Positions 55,879 through 64,000 of a stretch of DNA of 64,000 nucleotides are shown here, piece after piece (the stretch's first letter is position 1; every line of letters begins with the position of its first letter). The stretch is taken from NCBI GenBank assembly GCA_039028615.1, contig JBCCHT010000041.1, positions 32,001 through 96,000 on the forward strand. Direction: 5' to 3'. A model generated the notes under the pieces. The model was given only the letters and a program-made list of their open reading frames with translations. It was not told where the DNA came from and ran no database searches. A program made the position numbers and the translations under genes. The DNA is from Myxococcota bacterium. Its GTDB lineage: Bacteria > Myxococcota_A > Polyangia > Nannocystales > Nannocystaceae.

Positions 55879-57387
55879 TCAGCCCGGAGTCGTGATGCTC
55901 TCCTGGATGATGCCGGTCAGGCAGCCGATGGCGGGACTGAAGTCCTGGTCGCAGATCGACTCGATGCAGCAACGAGTGTCCGCCGCCTCGGGGCCGAGGT
56001 TGAGGGACTCACACACCTCTTTGATGCGAACCGGCGGGATCGCCTGACCGGTGAACTCGCCGAGGTCGTTGGTGCCGGTGCAACCCGGGCCGATGCCGAA
56101 GTCGAACTGCTTGTCGGCGGCCGTCTCCATGGCGTTGAACTCCTCGGGCAGGATGTCGCCGGTTGGGTACTCGCCGTCGCGCCAGTTCCGGTACTCGAGG
56201 TCGAACACGCCGCCCGCGATGGGCTGGAACGGAGGATCGGAGTTGCGCTCGGTGACCAGCGGCACGCCCAGGATGCCGAGCATGATGACCTCTTTGTCCT
56301 GGTTCTCGCGCAGCTCCTGGATGAGGTAGTTGGTGTAGCGCGTGATGGGCTGCAGGTGCTCGTCGGTGTTCGAGGTGCAGTTGGAGTACACGCCCATGGC
56401 GTCGGGGCCGTCGCAGGTGACGCCCGCGTTCCAGCAGATGGCCGAGCTCGCCGCCGGCATCCCGCTGTCGGGGTTGACGTTCTGGAACCCCGCGTTCTCC
56501 ATGATGGTGTAGTCCTTCACGGAGCAGTCGGCCTCGTCGGTGATCATCGCGATGGCCAACAGGGCGTTTTCCCGCAGGAAGGGCCGCGAGCCCTGGTTCC
56601 ACTCGGCGTCCGGGTTGAGCGCCTGGAGCATGTTCTCCAGCGGCGACTCGTAGCCGCAGCCGTTGATGCCCTGCGGGCCCAGGCACGACAGCGCCTGAGC
56701 AGCCGGCGAGTCGAGCGTGCCGTCGCCGTCGATGTCGACCGGCGTGACGCTGTCGGGAATGTTGTCGCCCTCGGGGTTGAACGCGATGTACACGTCCTCG
56801 GGCTCGACGTCGTTGGGGCACAGGTTCTCGCACGCCTCGGGGACCGAGGTGGTACCCAGAAGGTCGGTGAAGTCCGTCAGCCGGGTACGGCACGACGAGT
56901 CGACCGGGGCTCCGCGCGCCGGGTCGTAGCCCTCGGGCTCGAAGGGCGTGCACAGCGGGTTGCCGAAGTCCGACGTGGTCACCATGATCTGGACGTCGGG
57001 ATTGACCGGCATGCCCGCCGAGTCGGTCAGGTTCTCCAGCTGCTCGATGAGCAGCGGGAAGTTGCGGGCGAGGTTGAGCTGCTCCTCGCCCATGGTGCCC
57101 GAGTTGTCGATCACGAAGAGCAGGTCGATCTGGTCGGTGCACCCCGTGTCGCCGATGTTGCAGCCGGGATTCGTGCCGGAGCCGTTGCCCGCATCGAGCA
57201 GCTCGCCGGTGTCCTCTTCTTCGCCCGCCGTCATGCCATCGGCGTCGGTCCCCGCCGTCGCCCCCGGCAGCGGCAAGCCCGAATCCATGTTGCCGTCGTC
57301 GGAACTCCCCTCGGTGCCACAGGCCAGCGATAGTGCGCCGACCGCCAAACCGGTGATGAACAGAGGTGTCAGGTCAAGTCGCTTCAT
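55879..57387 (-). CDS. Cys-rich vWA-like domain lipoprotein (paralogue 2)
   Basis: LSLAC lipobox, DLLFVIDNSGTMGEEQLNLARNF identical to paralogue 1, GCGYESPLE, FLRENA.LAIAMITDEADCS. Confidence 0.8.
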   Translation of the reverse strand: MKRLDLTPLFITGLAVGALSLACGTEGSSDDGNMDSGLPLPGATAGTDADGMTAGEEEDTGELLDAGNGSGTNPGCNIGDTGCTDQIDLLFVIDNSGTMGEEQLNLARNFPLLIEQLENLTDSAGMPVNPDVQIMVTTSDFGNPLCTPFEPEGYDPARGAPVDSSCRTRLTDFTDLLGTTSVPEACENLCPNDVEPEDVYIAFNPEGDNIPDSVTPVDIDGDGTLDSPAAQALSCLGPQGINGCGYESPLENMLQALNPDAEWNQGSRPFLRENALLAIAMITDEADCSVKDYTIMENAGFQNVNPDSGMPAASSAICWNAGVTCDGPDAMGVYSNCTSNTDEHLQPITRYTNYLIQELRENQDKEVIMLGILGVPLVTERNSDPPFQPIAGGVFDLEYRNWRDGEYPTGDILPEEFNAMETAADKQFDFGIGPGCTGTNDLGEFTGQAIPPVRIKEVCESLNLGPEAADTRCCIESICDQDFSPAIGCLTGIIQESITTPG

Positions 57388-57682
57388 TGGTCCGTCCTCA
57401 TCGTTCGTGGCTCGACGACTCGTACAGTCACCCTCCCCCGGCGACACGAGACTCGACCCTTCCGCATTGCTTACAGGCTACCACTTGCAACGGCGTCTGG
57501 GACCCTCTGCGTGCCGTTTTTTGGCCGTTTCGAAGATCCAGATTTCTTGAGCCGAATGCCCGGGGTGATGTCGTCCAATGGGAGAGTCTGGAGTTTTCCG
57601 GTGCCGGCCCATTGCCGGGGACCCGCCCGTCGGTGGCAGGTTCGTGGTGCAATGCAGCATCACGAACCTGCTCACTAGGGTG

Positions 57683-60376
<2,694 letters not shown>

Positions 60377-60500
60377 GGCGAGCCAACGCTAGGCCGTTTT
60401 TACGGCGTTTGCCAGGGGCACCACAGTGTGCGTTCCCATGGCCTCATTCGGGGTCATGGGAGCCCTTGCGAGGCCTCGGACCGGGCGCCATCGTACCGGC

Positions 60501-61559
60501 ATGCTGCGCTACCGATTGTTGGGACCCACGGGCCTCCGCGTCTCCGAGCTGTGCCTGGGCACCATGAGCTTCGGCGACCAGTGGGGCTTCGGAGCCGACG
60601 AAGCCACGAGCCACCAGGTACTCGACGCCTACGCCGAAGCGGGCGGCAACTTCCTGGACACCGCCAACAAGTACCACGGGGGCCAGACCGAAGAGATCGT
60701 CGGGCGCTGGCTCGGCTCCAACCGCGACCGCACGGTGGTCGCCACCAAGTACACGCTGGCCATGGATCACGCCGATCCCAACACCGCGGGCAACCATCGC
60801 AAGAACATGGTGCGATCGGTCGAGGACAGCCTGCGGCGGCTCGGCACCGACTACATCGATCTGTACTGGGTGCACGCGTGGGACGACTACACCCCCTACG
60901 AAGAGACGATGCGGGGGCTCGACGACTTGGTGCGCTCGGGCAAGGTCCTGTACGTGGGCGTCAGCGATACGCCGGCCTGGGTCGCGTCGGCCTCCAACGT
61001 GCTCGCCGAGCTGCGAGGGTGGACGAGCTACTGCGGCCTCCAGATCGAGTACAGCCTGCTCGAGCGCACGCCCGAGCGTGACCTGCTGCCCATGGCCGAG
61101 CAGTTCGGCATGTCCGTGGTCGGCTGGGCTCCGCTGGGCGGCGGCGTCCTGACCGGCAAGTACACCCGCGGCGACGGCAAGGCCGAGGACTCGCGACGCG
61201 CCCAGGGCAACAGCGCCCGCGGCCGCACCAGCGACCGCAAGCTCGCGATCGCCCGCAAGGTCGACGAGGTGGCCGATGCGATGGGAGTCACCTCCGCCCA
61301 GGTCGCGCTCGCCTGGGTCCGCTCCCGGGGCTATCGCTACATCCCCATCGTGGGCGCACGGAAGGTCGAACAAATCAAAGACAGCCTCGGCGCCGCGACG
61401 ATCGAGTTGAGCGACGAGCACCGCGCCGCGCTCGACGAGGTCAGCCGGATCTCGCTGGGCTTCCCCCACGACTTCCTCACCGCGGGGGCCGTGCTCGACC
61501 TGGTGCGAAGCGAGAGTCGAACGCGACTGGACGGCCGCCCCGCTCGTGACGGAGGCTGA
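60501..61559 (+). CDS. Aldo/keto reductase
   Basis: GLRVSELCLGTM, GGNFLDTANKY, SLRRLGTDYIDLY, GKVLYVGVS. Confidence 0.93.
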   Translation: MLRYRLLGPTGLRVSELCLGTMSFGDQWGFGADEATSHQVLDAYAEAGGNFLDTANKYHGGQTEEIVGRWLGSNRDRTVVATKYTLAMDHADPNTAGNHRKNMVRSVEDSLRRLGTDYIDLYWVHAWDDYTPYEETMRGLDDLVRSGKVLYVGVSDTPAWVASASNVLAELRGWTSYCGLQIEYSLLERTPERDLLPMAEQFGMSVVGWAPLGGGVLTGKYTRGDGKAEDSRRAQGNSARGRTSDRKLAIARKVDEVADAMGVTSAQVALAWVRSRGYRYIPIVGARKVEQIKDSLGAATIELSDEHRAALDEVSRISLGFPHDFLTAGAVLDLVRSESRTRLDGRPARDGG

Positions 61560-61616
61560 ATGAACCGAGCTGAACAAAGCGTGGCTCCACGCACCGCCTT
61601 CCGCTATCGTGGTGCC

Positions 61617-62516
61617 ATGCTGCGGCCTCGCGTTCCGGGACTTCGTCCGATCGCTCTAGTGCTGGCCACCACCGTCGCCAGTACTTCGGGGGCCACGGCC
61701 CTCGCTGCCCCCGACCAGGGTTCGGCAGAATCTGCCGAAGACCCGCTGGCACCCGCTCAGAAGCTCTACGAGCGAGGTCGGGCCCAGTTCGACACTGCGG
61801 ATTATGACGCAGCGGTCGATGCCTGGACCGATGCTTATGCGCTCGTCCCCGACTCCGCCGAGGGCACCCAGATCAAGGTCTTGCTCATCTACAACATCGC
61901 CACCGCGCGAGAGAAGGCGTTCGACGTCGACCACGACCCGACGCAGCTACGAAAAGCCAAGATCCTCCTGGGCAACTTCGAGCAGAACATCCCCGGGCTC
62001 TATGGCGAAGGGGCCGAGGCCGATACCGAGCGGGCCCGCGTGCAGGCGAAGATCAAGGAGCTCGACGAGCGCCTCGCCGAGTACGAGCGCTCGCAAAACC
62101 CCGAGCCCGAACCGCAGCCCGAACCCGAGCCGGAGCCGGAGCCCGAACCCGCCGACGTGACCGACGACCCTCAGCCCGATCCCGCGGCCAAGGGCCTCAT
62201 CATCGGGGGCGCCGTGGGCCTGAGCCTCGGTGCTGCGGGCCTGGGCGTGATGGCGGCCGGAATCGGCATGGGCAACGGCGCCAACGATCTGTCTTCACTC
62301 GAAGACGACGACATCGAAGGTCGCCGGGCGCAGTTCGAACGCGGCCGAACCGGCAACACGCTGGCGATCGCAGGCGGCATCGCGGCCGGCGTCTTCGTGG
62401 TGGCCGGCGGAGTGATGCTCGCGTTGGGCCTCAAGCGCAAGCGCTCCAGCAACGTCGCGCTGCTGCCCAGCGTGGGGCCGCAGAGCGCATCGCTGAGCCT
62501 ACGCGCTCGCTTCTAG
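61617..62516 (+). CDS. Secreted TPR protein with PE-repeat linker and hydrophobic Gly-rich C-terminus
   Basis: Signal peptide, AQKLYERGRAQFDTADYDAAVDAWTDAY TPR, PEPEPQPEPEPEPEPEP, two hydrophobic helices, ends SLRARF. Confidence 0.8.
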   Translation: MLRPRVPGLRPIALVLATTVASTSGATALAAPDQGSAESAEDPLAPAQKLYERGRAQFDTADYDAAVDAWTDAYALVPDSAEGTQIKVLLIYNIATAREKAFDVDHDPTQLRKAKILLGNFEQNIPGLYGEGAEADTERARVQAKIKELDERLAEYERSQNPEPEPQPEPEPEPEPEPADVTDDPQPDPAAKGLIIGGAVGLSLGAAGLGVMAAGIGMGNGANDLSSLEDDDIEGRRAQFERGRTGNTLAIAGGIAAGVFVVAGGVMLALGLKRKRSSNVALLPSVGPQSASLSLRARF

Positions 62517-62536
62517 GCCGCTCCGCCATTCGCAAT

Positions 62537-62563
62537 CCCGGGGGCATGCGCATCGCCCCCGGG
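62537..62563. terminator. GC-rich hairpin between convergent genes
   Basis: CCCGGGGGC-N9-GCCCCCGGG. Confidence 0.45.
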
Positions 62564-62582
62564 TCATGCACATGGGCCGACG

Positions 62583-63749
62583 TCAGCGATCGGGGTACGC
62601 AGCCACGACCACGTCGTCGACGATCCATCCCACCGGCGGCATCCCGGTCGGGAACACGCCCTGCCAGCAGTTGGAGCAGTCGTACGACATCACGAAGATG
62701 ATGTGATACGTGTTCCCCGCGACGCTGTCGTCGAGCTCCAATACGACGTCTTGGAAGCCCCCCGGCGTGGTCCCGACGTACGCGGGAGAAGGCATCGCGT
62801 CGGAATACAAGGGGTTGGGGTTCTCGCCCGTTGCCACGCACCCACCGCTGTCGTCGAGCTCGGTGGGCGTCCCCATCGGAGGGCCGATGGTCTGGGGCAT
62901 CTGCATGCCGCCGCCGGACGGCATCAGCCAGACCACGCCCCCATCACCGAACAGCGTGCCGCAGTCGGCATCGATCATCCCGTTGCCGTCGAAGCGGATC
63001 GAATGGCTGAAGTGCACCTCGTAGTGGAAGTCGTCGGGGAGCTCGTCGGGGAACTCGATGGGGACGGTGGAGAGCATCGCCGCCCCGGGCATCTCCGAGT
63101 ACATACCGCTGCTCCACGCGCCAGGCCCTCCCCCGCCGCCACCCAAGACCCAGCCTTCGACCTCGATCTGGTAGTCGCCATCGATCCCGGGGAACGCCGG
63201 GATCGTCGTGGCCCATAGCTCGGCCGACTCGCCCGGGTCTTCCATGTCGTCGAAGAACAGGGTCTCGGTGCAATACTCGGTGCAGCTCGGCTCGTCGCCG
63301 TCGGGCTCGTCGCACTGCTCACCCGCGAGCGTGTTCACCACGCCGTCACCACACTCGACGGCGGTGCAGTCGGCATCACACTCTTCGTCGCCTTCTTTGC
63401 CCTCGTCGCATTCTTCGCCGTCTTCGACGATCTCGTTGCCGCAGACGGCCTCGGGCGTGCCGCTGCTCGAGCCATCCACCGCCGTCGTACCCGACGTGGT
63501 GCCGTCACCAGTGGTCGTGCTTCCGCCGGTCGTACTGCCCGAGTCGGCCGCCGCCGTATCGGGTGGCCCCCCGCAGAAACCTTGTTCACAGCTCTGTCCC
63601 TGCCCGCAGTCGTCATCCACGAGACACGGCAGACCCAGTGCATTGGCACCATCGAAACAGGATGTCGCCCCCGCAGCCCCCAGCAATAGCGCCAATAGTG
63701 CGCCCGCCGGTTGCCCCATTATTCCAAGACCTCGCGCCGCTCGATCCAT
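62583..63749 (-). CDS. Myxobacterial Cys-rich repeat (DUF4215-like) lipoprotein
   Basis: GATSC lipobox-like, CLVDDDCGQGQSCEQGFC, S/T linker, CGNEIVEDGEECD and CGDGVVNTLAGEQCD repeats, C-terminal GWIVDDV beta-sandwich; start uncertain (63719-63755). Confidence 0.8.
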   Translation of the reverse strand: MDRAARGLGIMGQPAGALLALLLGAAGATSCFDGANALGLPCLVDDDCGQGQSCEQGFCGGPPDTAAADSGSTTGGSTTTGDGTTSGTTAVDGSSSGTPEAVCGNEIVEDGEECDEGKEGDEECDADCTAVECGDGVVNTLAGEQCDEPDGDEPSCTEYCTETLFFDDMEDPGESAELWATTIPAFPGIDGDYQIEVEGWVLGGGGGGPGAWSSGMYSEMPGAAMLSTVPIEFPDELPDDFHYEVHFSHSIRFDGNGMIDADCGTLFGDGGVVWLMPSGGGMQMPQTIGPPMGTPTELDDSGGCVATGENPNPLYSDAMPSPAYVGTTPGGFQDVVLELDDSVAGNTYHIIFVMSYDCSNCWQGVFPTGMPPVGWIVDDVVVAAYPDR

Positions 63750-63825
63750 ATGCATGATTGGACGTCGAGTGTACCGCACCCCCAGGGGCAGCGCCGGTCG
63801 CAGTATTGGTGCATTCTTGGACCCC

Positions 63826-64000
63826 ATGACTTGCTTTGCTGATCATCAACGCGCGTGGGTCTTGCGTTTCGCGTGGGGGCTGACTCCCACAATGCTGATC
63901 CTGCCGAGCTGCGGAGATGACAGCGGCAGCAATGGCAGCGCAGAGTCGACGTCGACCGGCAGCACGGGAACGAGCGGAACGACCGAAGTGGTGGTCGATG
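63826..64000 (+). CDS. Probable lipoprotein, N-terminus only (runs off window)
   Basis: MTCFADHQRAWVLRFAWGLTPTMLILPSC-GDDSGSNGSAESTSTGSTG: lipobox-like followed by S/T/G linker. Confidence 0.6.
   Translation, partial: MTCFADHQRAWVLRFAWGLTPTMLILPSCGDDSGSNGSAESTSTGSTGTSGTTEVVVD

Noticed and set aside
62098..62150. PEPEPQPEPE repeat
   Set aside because: Ordinary low-complexity linker within a TPR protein.

Overview
GC-rich (about 70% by eye), gene-dense bacterial chromosomal window with about 50 CDSs. It most likely comes from a myxobacterium (Myxococcota, Nannocystaceae-like). This is inferred from the many Cys-rich, Ser/Thr-linker lipoproteins, vWA-like lipoprotein paralogues, an MXAN_5187-like gene and a zinc-ribbon/GYF protein. 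Housekeeping genes include gltA, cstA, bioA, rseP, tsaB, manC, pyrE, purQ, purL, leuS and a FadL-family porin. No rRNA, tRNA, CRISPR array, IS element or prophage was recognised. The best candidate for an undescribed system is a five-gene minus-strand signalling cluster at 2185-8344: winged-helix protein, small stand-alone H-box protein, sigma-54 enhancer-binding protein, TPR-rich membrane kinase-like protein with a degenerate ATP lid, and a stand-alone receiver. Its two receiver domains share the same ~30-aa insertion and both lack the conserved Lys, and a candidate sigma-54 promoter lies upstream. Other highlights are a bacterial homologue of the eukaryotic N-degron enzyme NTAQ1 (WDYHV), two paralogous putative nucleoid-associated wHTH proteins, recurrent TAnnnT boxes just upstream of start codons (suggesting leaderless mRNAs), and palindromic operators at the TetR start and between purL and its divergent wHTH gene. 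All calls come from reading motifs by eye; no database searches were run.
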